A stretch of 20,000 nt of DNA from an uncultured virus (IMG/VR IMGVR_UViG_3300042154_002964). Its lineage: Duplodnaviria > Heunggongvirae > Uroviricota > Caudoviricetes. Of this stretch, positions 9,008 through 17,318 are shown piece by piece. The notes beneath the pieces were generated by a model. The model saw only the letters and a program-made list of their open reading frames with translations. It searched no databases and was not told where the DNA came from. Position 1 is the first letter of the stretch, and the number at the start of each line of letters is the position of its first letter. The position numbers were made by a program, and so were the translations under genes. The stretch lies in IMG/VR virus record IMGVR_UViG_3300042154_002964. One strand, written 5' to 3'.

Positions 9008-10222
9008 TTATTTTACCGTATCAATACTATTAATTTCCCAATCAATCTCATTGAACATTCGTTTTAATTTATATTCATATGTTCGATTAAACCAATCAAC
9101 GATTAAATCAGGATTATTACCAAAGACTTCAAATAATTTAGAGTATCTTGGTTCCAAATATAATCTCCTATCATCTGAACCATAATCATTATCAAAAAAC
9201 CCAATTAACTTAGAATTAAGATTAAATCTGTCTTTATCTATAACATAGATGTTAACACCATCTTCTGATGGGCTCATTACAAATTTAACATTCTCAGGTA
9301 ATAACTGAGGGGCAACGTGTTTGATGTATTTATCAATCGTATTATCTTTTTTAGATTCGGTATTCTCATTAATAGATTTACCCTCATCTTCACTAAACTC
9401 TTCCGCATCAACAAGTATTTGAATTTTATTATGGTCAATTCTATCAAAAAAACTACCGGTGATTGGGATTGAGTTGTTTGTTATCTTATTCCACTTATCA
9501 ACAATATCCATAGTTAAATGACTACGATAATTGGGTTGCCAAGTGGCATAACCACCAGCATCACTCTCCGTATAATGAACTATAACTAATGGAATATCTT
9601 TAAATCTTGAGGGATGTAAATAGGGGTCTTTTTTTCTTGTTACCTCCAAATGTGAAATATTGGGATATTCTTTATATAACCATTTCTTAAATAATTCAAC
9701 CCTTTTATCAATTGGAATTGAAACCCCCTCATTAATTACTTCATCATCATCAACAAACTCTTCAGTATCAATAACAATTTTTGCATTATATCCACTAAAT
9801 TTCCATCTAGGTATGACAGGTATTTGACCACCTGTAACTTTATTCCATTCGTCACTTATTTCACCCGCTAACCAAGAGTCGTGATTAACCGCATCACTAT
9901 CGGTTGTATAATAAATTTTAATTAACGGATGACCGTCATATGTTGAGGTTTCCAAAAACGAAATCTCGTCAAAATTATTATGTAACCATTTTTTAAATAA
10001 GTTAACACTTTTTTCGGTTGAAATCTCTTCTTTCAACAATCTAAATCTCAATAACGGTTTACCGTTAATTGTTATATCACCCTTGTCATTCTTACCAATG
10101 GTTTTAACAACAACCTTCTTATTCTTAAATTTCCCACCCATTAATGTATCCCCAACTTTAATGTCGAGTTTAATCATTTCATTAATGGATTTATATTGTT
10201 CTTCAGTTATTATTATTTTCAT
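9008..10222 (-). CDS. Multi-module tagged protein (MKIIITEEQ): small basic beta domain, two tandem repeats and a C-terminal domain
   Basis: Repeats K.V.LFKKWL....I S.LE...P L....YT.S/D...WNK.T...IP....D.EEF. INE/LKE motifs at aa 15, 65, 165 and 286 separate the modules. Confidence 0.85.
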   Translation of the reverse strand: MKIIITEEQYKSINEMIKLDIKVGDTLMGGKFKNKKVVVKTIGKNDKGDITINGKPLLRFRLLKEEISTEKSVNLFKKWLHNNFDEISFLETSTYDGHPLIKIYYTTDSDAVNHDSWLAGEISDEWNKVTGGQIPVIPRWKFSGYNAKIVIDTEEFVDDDEVINEGVSIPIDKRVELFKKWLYKEYPNISHLEVTRKKDPYLHPSRFKDIPLVIVHYTESDAGGYATWQPNYRSHLTMDIVDKWNKITNNSIPITGSFFDRIDHNKIQILVDAEEFSEDEGKSINENTESKKDNTIDKYIKHVAPQLLPENVKFVMSPSEDGVNIYVIDKDRFNLNSKLIGFFDNDYGSDDRRLYLEPRYSKLFEVFGNNPDLIVDWFNRTYEYKLKRMFNEIDWEINSIDTVK

Positions 10223-10231
10223 AGTATCATT

Positions 10232-10660
10232 TTAAATTTTAGTCCTCATCCAACTGAACAAATTTGCGAAATTAGATTTTACTGTTTTGATTCCCCTTAA
10301 ATTATAAACCTCACCCAACCACTTCTCTGTAACTTTTTGAATAACAAGGTTGGTCAAATCAAAATATTCATCCAAAACCCACCAAATATCAGAACTAATG
10401 TAAACTTCATCATTTCGTCTGTTGTAAACCATTAAGTTATAACCTTTTTTATAACGAAATAACGTCCAATCACCATCTGTTTCAGATTGAACAACTTCCA
10501 AATCATCAAACAGGTGTAAGAACTCCATAAAAGTATCAATATTCAATACTTTACAAAAAGTATCAAACCCACCCATTAAGTCAATAACCTGTTTAACCCC
10601 ATTGGTTTTAATCAACTCTTTAAGTCTCTCAACTTTATTTTCGGTTATTATTATTTTCAT
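10232..10660 (-). CDS. Tagged hypothetical protein (MKIIITENK)
   Basis: Close paralog of the C-terminal half of 10657..11403 (shared FLHLFDDLE.VQS, LFRY..G.N.M.Y). Confidence 0.85.
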   Translation of the reverse strand: MKIIITENKVERLKELIKTNGVKQVIDLMGGFDTFCKVLNIDTFMEFLHLFDDLEVVQSETDGDWTLFRYKKGYNLMVYNRRNDEVYISSDIWWVLDEYFDLTNLVIQKVTEKWLGEVYNLRGIKTVKSNFANLFSWMRTKI

Positions 10661-11403
10661 ATCATTTTAATATAACTAGGACCCAGTAAAGGTTCTGTTC
10701 TCTTTAAGTTTAAGTGGAAAACATCTTCAGCCCACTCCTTAGTGTATTCAATAATACTGTAGTATTCAATACCAAGTTTACCATTTAAAAAATCCCAAAT
10801 TTCTTTTTCACTTATGTAAAGACACTTTAGGAATTTATCGTAAATCATCACATTATTACCTTCCTGATATCTAAATAAAATGTAATCATTTTTATCTTTT
10901 GATTGAACTGCCTCTAAATCATCAAATAGATGTAAAAAGTCCATCGGACCACTAAGATTAAATATTTTACAAAATTTATCCCAACCACCCATTAATTTAA
11001 TTGTGGTATTAGGTCCTTCACGATTAAGTATATATTTAAGTTTATCAACTTTATTTTCAGTAATAATACCGTCTTCAAGTTTACCATTAATTAATATTGG
11101 GACAATCCAAGGTTTTCCTGTGTAGTATAATTTTTCACGTAAATATTGTGCAAATCCTTGAACATCATCTTCATCAAAGTAAGCGTCTGCATAAACATCA
11201 ATATAAACACTTAATGATGGTTTATGTTTGATATTTATCACTTTAACTTTATCTATATGGCTAAACAATGTTAGATACCAATTACTAGCACTAATCTCTT
11301 CATTACGATAACGTTCCTTTAGTACGGATAATTCTTCATCAATCAATCGTTGGAATAACCCAAAAACCTTTTTATTTACTTCCTCGTTAATTAATATCTT
11401 CAT
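10657..11403 (-). CDS. Tagged two-module fusion protein (MKILINEE ... internal IITENKV)
   Basis: ATGA coupling with the next gene. Internal copy of the tag at aa 113-119. Confidence 0.85.
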   Translation of the reverse strand: MKILINEEVNKKVFGLFQRLIDEELSVLKERYRNEEISASNWYLTLFSHIDKVKVINIKHKPSLSVYIDVYADAYFDEDDVQGFAQYLREKLYYTGKPWIVPILINGKLEDGIITENKVDKLKYILNREGPNTTIKLMGGWDKFCKIFNLSGPMDFLHLFDDLEAVQSKDKNDYILFRYQEGNNVMIYDKFLKCLYISEKEIWDFLNGKLGIEYYSIIEYTKEWAEDVFHLNLKRTEPLLGPSYIKMI

Positions 11404-11893
11404 TGATATAACTGTTTAATTTATATTTCTCTATAATTTGTTTGAATATCTGAGTTCTACCTCGTTTACCAATTGTATTTCTTTTTGATATAAATGAATA
11501 TCCAAATCCTGAGTCACCACAAGTACCAAGAACTCTCCTATACTCTTGACCACTATGTCCATTAAATGGTGTAGACGCGTATGCAGTGAACTTATAATTC
11601 ATACCACCACTAGTCCATTTAAAATCACCAAGTTTCTTTTCTTTCTTATTCCAACTATCTTCTAAATTAAGTGACTCAATTAATAAATTGTCGATATACA
11701 TATTCTCACCTGTCGAATCGAATTTATATGGGACAAAACCTGTTGATTTATAAAATTCCTTTAAATCATCGTTAAATGCTACTTTCAACAAAGTTTTAAT
11801 ACCACCAACCAATTTAACCACCTCATTAACACCTTTAGTATTAATTAACTCACGTAATTTTTCACCGGCTGATTCTTTAATCAAAATTCTCAT
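11387..11893 (-). CDS. Tagged hypothetical protein (MRILIKES; start revised to 11893)
   Basis: ATG 4 nt from TATTTAT (11898-11904). Contains the G....VKLVGG module. Confidence 0.8.
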   Translation of the reverse strand: MRILIKESAGEKLRELINTKGVNEVVKLVGGIKTLLKVAFNDDLKEFYKSTGFVPYKFDSTGENMYIDNLLIESLNLEDSWNKKEKKLGDFKWTSGGMNYKFTAYASTPFNGHSGQEYRRVLGTCGDSGFGYSFISKRNTIGKRGRTQIFKQIIEKYKLNSYINEDIN

Positions 11894-11915
11894 ACCAATA
11901 AATATAATAGAAAAC

Positions 11916-11947
11916 AAAAAACCCCCAACTTAAAGAAGGGGGGTTTT
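11916..11947 (-). terminator. Intrinsic terminator overlapping the stop of 11930..12832
   Basis: AAAACCCCC...GGGGGTTTT hairpin plus U-tract. Confidence 0.72.
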
Positions 11948-12832
11948 AGTTAACATTAAACATATCACAGGACAACTATACTCTTTAATACCGGTACTAC
12001 TGTGATTATATGTGTAAGTCACATTTTGGGGGTCCTCAAATGAAATCCCCCTCACTTTTTCTTCAATACCTTCCAAATCATAAGAACCATCAACATCAAT
12101 GATGAAAAACCTTGGAACATTCGAAAATCTTGACTCATCACCTAATTCCATCAAATACTTGGAAACAATATGTGGCTCAGATAACGCAACATCCCTCCAA
12201 GATTCCCCATAATAATCCATAAATTGATTAGTAACACTTCGAGAAACTTTTTGGTCAAACCCAATTCCGTGAATATAATAATCAATACCACCTCTATGTG
12301 AAAATGTTGGAATGATATCTTCGTCAGCATTAAAAATTAAATACTCCAAATAATCATTACGTAATGTATTGAAGATTTTTAGATATGAGAATTTCTCAAT
12401 ATCCTTTTGCATCTTCTTCAAACTACCATCAAAATTAGTTTCATCGTAAGCGGAGGGGTAAACAATGGTCTTAACCGCATATGAATCGAACTGAGCGGAA
12501 ACAAATGGCCACTTATAATCAACGTAACCCAATTTAAAATACTCGGACTTATAATGATTGAACAATTTAATGGCATTCATACCATTCCTATATTTTTCAG
12601 TCGTTCTAAACATTTCACGTAAAATAACTCTCGCCTCATTGTAATTCCAATGTTCAACAATGAAATCGGTAACGTCAATTAATTTTGTATCAACAACCAC
12701 ATCACCTTTACGATTGACTTTAACAGGAACGTTCCAAACGTCCTTCATTATTTTTAAAAATAAATGTTGGGTATCCTTTGAGCCAAGAATTAATCCAACT
12801 TGTTCTTTTGTGATTCCGTCCTTAATATTCAT
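11930..12832 (-). CDS. Putative PD-(D/E)XK restriction-endonuclease-like protein
   Basis: E...(helix)...GGIDYYIHGIGFDQK resembles the ID-x8-DxK catalytic motif of type II REase-like proteins. Family assignment is tentative. Confidence 0.5.
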   Translation of the reverse strand: MNIKDGITKEQVGLILGSKDTQHLFLKIMKDVWNVPVKVNRKGDVVVDTKLIDVTDFIVEHWNYNEARVILREMFRTTEKYRNGMNAIKLFNHYKSEYFKLGYVDYKWPFVSAQFDSYAVKTIVYPSAYDETNFDGSLKKMQKDIEKFSYLKIFNTLRNDYLEYLIFNADEDIIPTFSHRGGIDYYIHGIGFDQKVSRSVTNQFMDYYGESWRDVALSEPHIVSKYLMELGDESRFSNVPRFFIIDVDGSYDLEGIEEKVRGISFEDPQNVTYTYNHSSTGIKEYSCPVICLMLTKTPLL

Positions 12833-12836
12833 AATT

Positions 12837-12844
12837 CAAATATA
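12837..12844 (-). promoter_or_regulatory. Bacteroidota-type -7 element TATATTTG
   Basis: TAnnTTTG 4 nt upstream of the ATG at 12832. Confidence 0.65.
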
Positions 12845-12861
12845 AGAAAAATAAATCGCAT

Positions 12862-12888
12862 AAAAAAACCCCACGGATGAGGTGGGGT
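12862..12888 (-). terminator. Intrinsic terminator (25 bp identical to 17290-17314)
   Basis: ACCCCAC-GGATGAG-GTGGGGT hairpin plus U7. Confidence 0.85.
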
Positions 12889-12899
12889 AATAAAAATTG

Positions 12900-13403
12900 T
12901 TAGGCCGTTTGTTGTTTTAATGTTTTACAAGCCGTAATATTAAACCCTTTTCCAAATTTCTGAGATAGTTTCCATATCGTATCCCAAGACACTGTGGCCT
13001 CACCACTCAAATCTTCATATAATGGTTTACCAAATTTTTTATTATATGCGTTTAACACTGAACCCATTTGTTGTTGTGTTTTAATCTCACTAAACACTTT
13101 ATTTAAATCACCTGAAGTTCCAATACCTTTAATCGAATTATTTAATCTTAGTATCCAAGACTGAATTGTTTTATCCGCAGGATTTGGTTGACCTGACACT
13201 CCTCGTAATTTACTAAATAACTCTAAGACTAATTCTGAAGTTTTTTTGGTTTGTTGACATATAGTTTGAGGTGAGGAGTCAACCGCGTCATAACCGGTAT
13301 CGGGCATTGATTCAAGACCCCCAAGAGAAAACGCCTGTTCTTTTATAACTCTCTTGACTATTCTAACTAAATCTGATTCAGATAATCTTATTACTTTTTT
13401 CAT
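12900..13403 (-). CDS. Tagged protein (MKKVIRLSESDLVRIVKRVIKEQ) with an annexin-like repeat
   Basis: aa 87-135 LNNSIKGIGT..DLNKVF..IKTQQQM..V..AY.KKFGKPLYEDLSGE matches the annexin repeat consensus. Confidence 0.75.
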   Translation of the reverse strand: MKKVIRLSESDLVRIVKRVIKEQAFSLGGLESMPDTGYDAVDSSPQTICQQTKKTSELVLELFSKLRGVSGQPNPADKTIQSWILRLNNSIKGIGTSGDLNKVFSEIKTQQQMGSVLNAYNKKFGKPLYEDLSGEATVSWDTIWKLSQKFGKGFNITACKTLKQQTA

Positions 13404-13415
13404 AATAATTTTTAA

Positions 13416-13823
13416 TTAAAATTCATCCTCTTCCTCAGAGTCATATCCATTTAATTTGTCTTCACAAAACTCAATAATATCTTTTAAATAATCAATAGCT
13501 TCATCATCAGACATTTCCATTAGTTCATCTTCAATATCTTGATGAATACTTGGTAGGTCATACATTCTGTAATCACTATCATCTTCCTCCAATTCATTTT
13601 CTTCAGAACCCAAAACTTCCTCATCGTTAACTAATGAGTCAAAATCATCCTCATCTATTTCACTAAACGATTCTAATTGTTCACTAACCAATGGTTTAGC
13701 ATTACCCAATTTATTTTCTACCAAGGCTTTAAACCTTTCAGTCTGTACTTGCAAACTACCGGTATGTTGTGAACGAATACTATTTCTTTCTTCTTCACTC
13801 ATTTCATTTAAAATGTGTTTCAT
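13416..13823 (-). CDS. Highly acidic tagged protein (MKHILNEMSEEE)
   Basis: D/E-rich C-terminal two thirds. TATTTAT at 13839-13845. Confidence 0.8.
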   Translation of the reverse strand: MKHILNEMSEEERNSIRSQHTGSLQVQTERFKALVENKLGNAKPLVSEQLESFSEIDEDDFDSLVNDEEVLGSEENELEEDDSDYRMYDLPSIHQDIEDELMEMSDDEAIDYLKDIIEFCEDKLNGYDSEEEDEF

Positions 13824-13871
13824 AATATCTTTTTTAATATAAATAGTTACTAGACATAAAAAAACTCAACA

Positions 13872-15200
13872 TTATTTAGAGAGTTCAATCAAATCGGACT
13901 CTTTAAACTTATATGTTTTACCAACAGTCCCAATTGGGGAATTATTGAAAACATAAACATCCGAACCTTTAATGAATGCCATTCTATCAATAGGTTTATT
14001 ACTGTAATTAACCGCATTTGAGAACCCAATATTTGCTGAATAAATACCATCTTTTAATTCAATATTGGATAATGGTTTAATTTGATACGTTACACCATCA
14101 ATTGTGGCATCAATACCATCAATTATGTCTTTTTTTGTGCCAAAACCTGAGATTTTAATATCAGAACCCGGATGAAATTGGTCCCTTATTTTTTCAGCAT
14201 CAAGTTTTTCTTGTCTAAAATTGTTAACTATTGATTTAAGTTGGATGTCAAGAAGTTGTTTCATATCATCACTATCAACATCCCTGAATAAATCGGCCAT
14301 CCAATTAATCATTGACGACTCAATATTACCCTCATCATATGTAAATTTGTTATCTTTGATGTCTCTAGCCAAAAATAACTTCATTCTTTCGTGAATTGGT
14401 AGTTTAGTGTTAAAGAAATTGACAATTGACCAACCCCTCTTATCAAATGGAATAGGTTTTACACCGACAACACCCGCAACATACTCATTAGTCGATGGTG
14501 TCCAATAATCTTTAAAGGCAATCTCAAGGGCTTTCTTAATATTTGTTGACTTAATGTAAGACTCAAACTTCACAATATCGGGGAAATATGGAAATACTTT
14601 AGAATCAAACACATTTTTCCATATATAAATTTTCTTATTCTTAGTTAAAAAGATATCTTTAGACGATAATTCGAAGGTTTCATTAGTAATTGTGTTATGT
14701 AATAGTACTTTACAACCCGGTGTCTCTTTAATTTCATTAAAAACACGTTCAAGTTCAGATGGAGTGTCAGCAATACCATTAATGTATACTAATTCATATT
14801 GAAATCCAAAATTAGTGTAATCAATTTCAATTACACATTCATCAATTGGTTCATCAGGAACCAAATCCAACTCCTGTTCATTCAAACTATCTTGTAATAT
14901 CACCTCATTTGTGAATATCTTTAAATGGGGGAAACTTTTTCTAAGTCTATATTGTATTTCACTTGTTAAAAAATCAAAATCAAAGGTATCATCATAACCA
15001 TAAATGTCAATCCAAACTTTAATTCCATCATTATATGTCATATGATTAATCTCAACACCATCAATTGATGCTATTGCGTCCTGTGCATCCCAAGAAAACC
15101 CCTCACTATTAGATAGTATATCCTCAACTTGAACATTAATTAAATATTCAAGGATTTCTTTCAGTTTAGTTTCCTTACTCTCAGTAATTATTACTTTCAT
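13872..15200 (-). CDS. Tagged multi-module protein (MKVIITES) with C-terminal PD-(D/E)XK-like domain
   Basis: N-terminal module shared with 4142..4531 and 10657..11403, LNE linker at aa 106-108, and C-terminal D...GID.......YQIK motif. TATTTAT at 15205-15211. Confidence 0.8.
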   Translation of the reverse strand: MKVIITESKETKLKEILEYLINVQVEDILSNSEGFSWDAQDAIASIDGVEINHMTYNDGIKVWIDIYGYDDTFDFDFLTSEIQYRLRKSFPHLKIFTNEVILQDSLNEQELDLVPDEPIDECVIEIDYTNFGFQYELVYINGIADTPSELERVFNEIKETPGCKVLLHNTITNETFELSSKDIFLTKNKKIYIWKNVFDSKVFPYFPDIVKFESYIKSTNIKKALEIAFKDYWTPSTNEYVAGVVGVKPIPFDKRGWSIVNFFNTKLPIHERMKLFLARDIKDNKFTYDEGNIESSMINWMADLFRDVDSDDMKQLLDIQLKSIVNNFRQEKLDAEKIRDQFHPGSDIKISGFGTKKDIIDGIDATIDGVTYQIKPLSNIELKDGIYSANIGFSNAVNYSNKPIDRMAFIKGSDVYVFNNSPIGTVGKTYKFKESDLIELSK

Positions 15201-15219
15201 ATTGATAAATACTTACATA

Positions 15220-15549
15220 TTATGATTTGGATTCATACCAGGCTCGACTATTTGGATATTTTTCCCTATGTATACCAATTAACTCAACGGCCCTATCGTA
15301 ATCATAGACTAGTTCTTTCTCAAAAATATCAAGTGTCTCACCACCTAATCCTCTTTCTACAAATAAAACGTGGGGAGATTCAAAACACTCATCAACAATA
15401 TAACCCATTTCATTCGCATATTCCCTCACATAAGAGTAAGATTTATCTAATAGCACTGAAAACTTCTTTAAACTATTAGTTAGACATACCACATTAACCT
15501 CAACACCGTTGATTTTTGTGGTTAACATATATTGTTTCAATTTTCCCAT
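15220..15549 (-). CDS. Hypothetical protein (start revised to ATG 15549, MGKLKQY)
   Basis: ATG 4 nt from TATATTTG (15554-15561). The longer ORF-track start crosses a terminator. Confidence 0.7.
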   Translation of the reverse strand: MGKLKQYMLTTKINGVEVNVVCLTNSLKKFSVLLDKSYSYVREYANEMGYIVDECFESPHVLFVERGLGGETLDIFEKELVYDYDRAVELIGIHREKYPNSRAWYESKS

Positions 15550-15553
15550 ACAA

Positions 15554-15561
15554 CAAATATA
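15554..15561 (-). promoter_or_regulatory. Bacteroidota-type -7 element TATATTTG
   Basis: TAnnTTTG immediately downstream of a terminator and 4 nt before the ATG. Confidence 0.62.
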
Positions 15562-15563
15562 AT

Positions 15564-15598
15564 AAAAAAAAGAAACCCCACCTAATAAAAGATGGGGT
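15564..15598 (-). terminator. Intrinsic terminator
   Basis: ACCCCA.CT...AG.TGGGGT hairpin plus U-rich tract. Confidence 0.7.
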
Positions 15599-15629
15599 CG
15601 GACCATAAATACTATCTATGGTGGAGTAA

Positions 15630-15905
15630 CTATTTATTCATTTTATATATTTCAATCAACTCGTCACCAAACATACTCATAATCTCATTATGAATATCTT
15701 CATCAAACGATTGTGAGAAATCTCTAGCACAATAACCTCTAAGAGTTGCCGTAATAACGTACTTATACGTGCTCCATTCAAACGAACTTGGGGGAACAGT
15801 TAATTTCTCCTCGCCACTTTTTAATTGGTCAACATAATCTCTCATACAATGATATCGTCGTTTCAGATAAATACTATACTGTCGTTCAGTTATAATGATT
15901 TTCAT
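15630..15905 (-). CDS. Tagged hypothetical protein (MKIIITERQ)
   Basis: TATTTAT at 15910-15916, 4 nt before the ATG. Confidence 0.8.
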   Translation of the reverse strand: MKIIITERQYSIYLKRRYHCMRDYVDQLKSGEEKLTVPPSSFEWSTYKYVITATLRGYCARDFSQSFDEDIHNEIMSMFGDELIEIYKMNK

Positions 15906-15928
15906 ATCAATAAATACCTACAAATCAT

Positions 15929-15955
15929 AAAAAACCCCACCTGTTATAGATGGGG
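15929..15955 (-). terminator. Intrinsic terminator
   Basis: CCCCA.CT...AG.TGGGG hairpin plus U6 after the stop at 15975. Confidence 0.72.
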
Positions 15956-15974
15956 AAATTTAGTATTATTATGT

Positions 15975-16805
15975 TTAGTTTTTCACTTGAATACTCTTCT
16001 TAAAGGTTAACGTAATATATGTATCATCATTACCGTATAAGTATAATTTACCAAATAAATCATAACCTAAAAATTTACTTCTCATTCTCAAAGGTCCGGC
16101 AACATCTAACTCAGCATTAACTGATTGATTTGGTGTCCGTCCGTCACCGTTTTTATTTAAATCCTCAACTTTAATAAATACTTGAAAAGGACCTGTAGAT
16201 TGTTTAGGTTGTAATGTCATAGGTACTTTTAAATCTGAAGTAACTAAATCAGTATCACCATTGAATACTTTAATAGTGATTGGGGTTGTTGAGTTATTAG
16301 TAAAACCTTCAAATTTAAATGGTACTAACGTACCAACAGTTGTTGTTGTTGGTTTTTCCGATTTTGTTAAATCAAGATTTCTATTACCTACCAACTCTTC
16401 AACCTTACCTTCGCCAACTTGAGGTTTACCATCAGCACCAACTGTACCAACTTGAGGTTTACCATCAGCACCAACTGTACCAACTTGAGGTTTACCATCA
16501 GCACCAACTGTACCAACTTGAGGTTTACCATCAGCACCAACTTGAGGGTTATTTACAGGTGCTTTTCCACCCGGAAATTGAGTCTCCAATTTTTGAATGG
16601 TGGTGGGGTATTTTGATATATCTAAAATCTTACCTGATTTATTCTTTGCAACCCACTTATTATTCTGTTTCTGATATGTATAATTTTTATCACCAGGAAC
16701 TGTTAACCAAGTATTATCAACAACCTGTTCTTTTAACAACCTTCTTTCTTCAAGTAATCTATTTGATTCCTGAATATGTCGTATCTTACTATAACTTCGA
16801 TTCAT
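15975..16805 (-). CDS. Hypothetical protein with IQE/LLE/LKE propeptide, repeat linker and probable C-terminal Ig-like (DUF1573-like) domain
   Basis: GADGKPQVGTV repeats, and F.F..FTN..T.PI.I...........TLQPKQS..F.V resembles a Bacteroidota Ig-like fold. TATTTAT at 16820-16826. Confidence 0.78.
   Translation of the reverse strand: MNRSYSKIRHIQESNRLLEERRLLKEQVVDNTWLTVPGDKNYTYQKQNNKWVAKNKSGKILDISKYPTTIQKLETQFPGGKAPVNNPQVGADGKPQVGTVGADGKPQVGTVGADGKPQVGTVGADGKPQVGEGKVEELVGNRNLDLTKSEKPTTTTVGTLVPFKFEGFTNNSTTPITIKVFNGDTDLVTSDLKVPMTLQPKQSTGPFQVFIKVEDLNKNGDGRTPNQSVNAELDVAGPLRMRSKFLGYDLFGKLYLYGNDDTYITLTFKKSIQVKN
16414..16547. repeat. 33-bp perfect tandem repeat (about 4 copies) within the CDS
   Basis: Unit CCAACTTGAGGTTTACCATCAGCACCAACTGTA starts at 16414, 16447 and 16480, with a partial copy at 16513. 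Encodes (V)GADGKPQVGT on the minus strand. Confidence 0.95.
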
Positions 16806-16924
16806 AATTAATTTTAATAATAAATATAAACCAAAATAATAAATCGCGGCGGGGAAGAAACAAAAGGACGACCGAAGGTCGGAAACGGTTACCGGTAAAT
16901 AAGAGAATTTCTTACTTTTTTATC

Positions 16925-17257
16925 CTATTTTTTAGGACTTGTATCAACTAATTGTTCTAATGTTGGTAAAGTTACCCCACTGATTTTTTTTGCAACCAAA
17001 TCGTCCTGAACAAGTTTAATTACTTGTGGGTATAATTGTGTAACATCAGCACCTTCTGAACCTTGACTAGTAATGATTTGACTTGTCGTTTTATCAACCA
17101 CTTTAATATCTAATCGACAACTACCAAAAAAACAAAACTTAGTTCCCGCGGCAACGTATTGTGTATTAGGGGTTTGTCCTGATGGGGCAGGTGCTGCCTG
17201 TTCATATAATCCCTTTATATGTTTCTTATCGGCTTCAGTAATTATAAACTTTTTCAT
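16925..17257 (-). CDS. Tagged hypothetical protein (MKKFIITEADK...LYEQ)
   Basis: TATTTAT at 17272-17278. Upstream region duplicated with that of 17317..17721. Confidence 0.8.
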   Translation of the reverse strand: MKKFIITEADKKHIKGLYEQAAPAPSGQTPNTQYVAAGTKFCFFGSCRLDIKVVDKTTSQIITSQGSEGADVTQLYPQVIKLVQDDLVAKKISGVTLPTLEQLVDTSPKK

Positions 17258-17301
17258 ATATACTTTTTATCATAAATATTGTATAAAACAAAAAACCCCA
17301 C
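17250..17301. repeat. 52-bp direct repeat, copy 1 (terminator arm + promoter + leader + ATG AAA AA)
   Basis: 51/52 identical to 17714-17765. Confidence 0.93.
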
Positions 17302-17318
17302 GGATGAGGTGGGGGGTT
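17290..17318 (-). terminator. Intrinsic terminator
   Basis: CCCCAC-GGATGAG-GTGGGG hairpin plus U6 at the stop of 17317..17721. Confidence 0.85.

Noticed and set aside
16319..16807. Plus-strand repeat-containing ORFs (162 aa and 65 aa)
   Set aside because: Antisense artefacts of the stop-free 33-bp tandem repeat.
4555..17318. Recurrent palindromic repeats as a CRISPR array or integron attC sites
   Set aside because: They are separated by whole genes at irregular distances, lack GTTRRRY/RYYYAAC cores, and have U-tracts right after stop codons, so they are terminators. No cas or integrase gene in the window.
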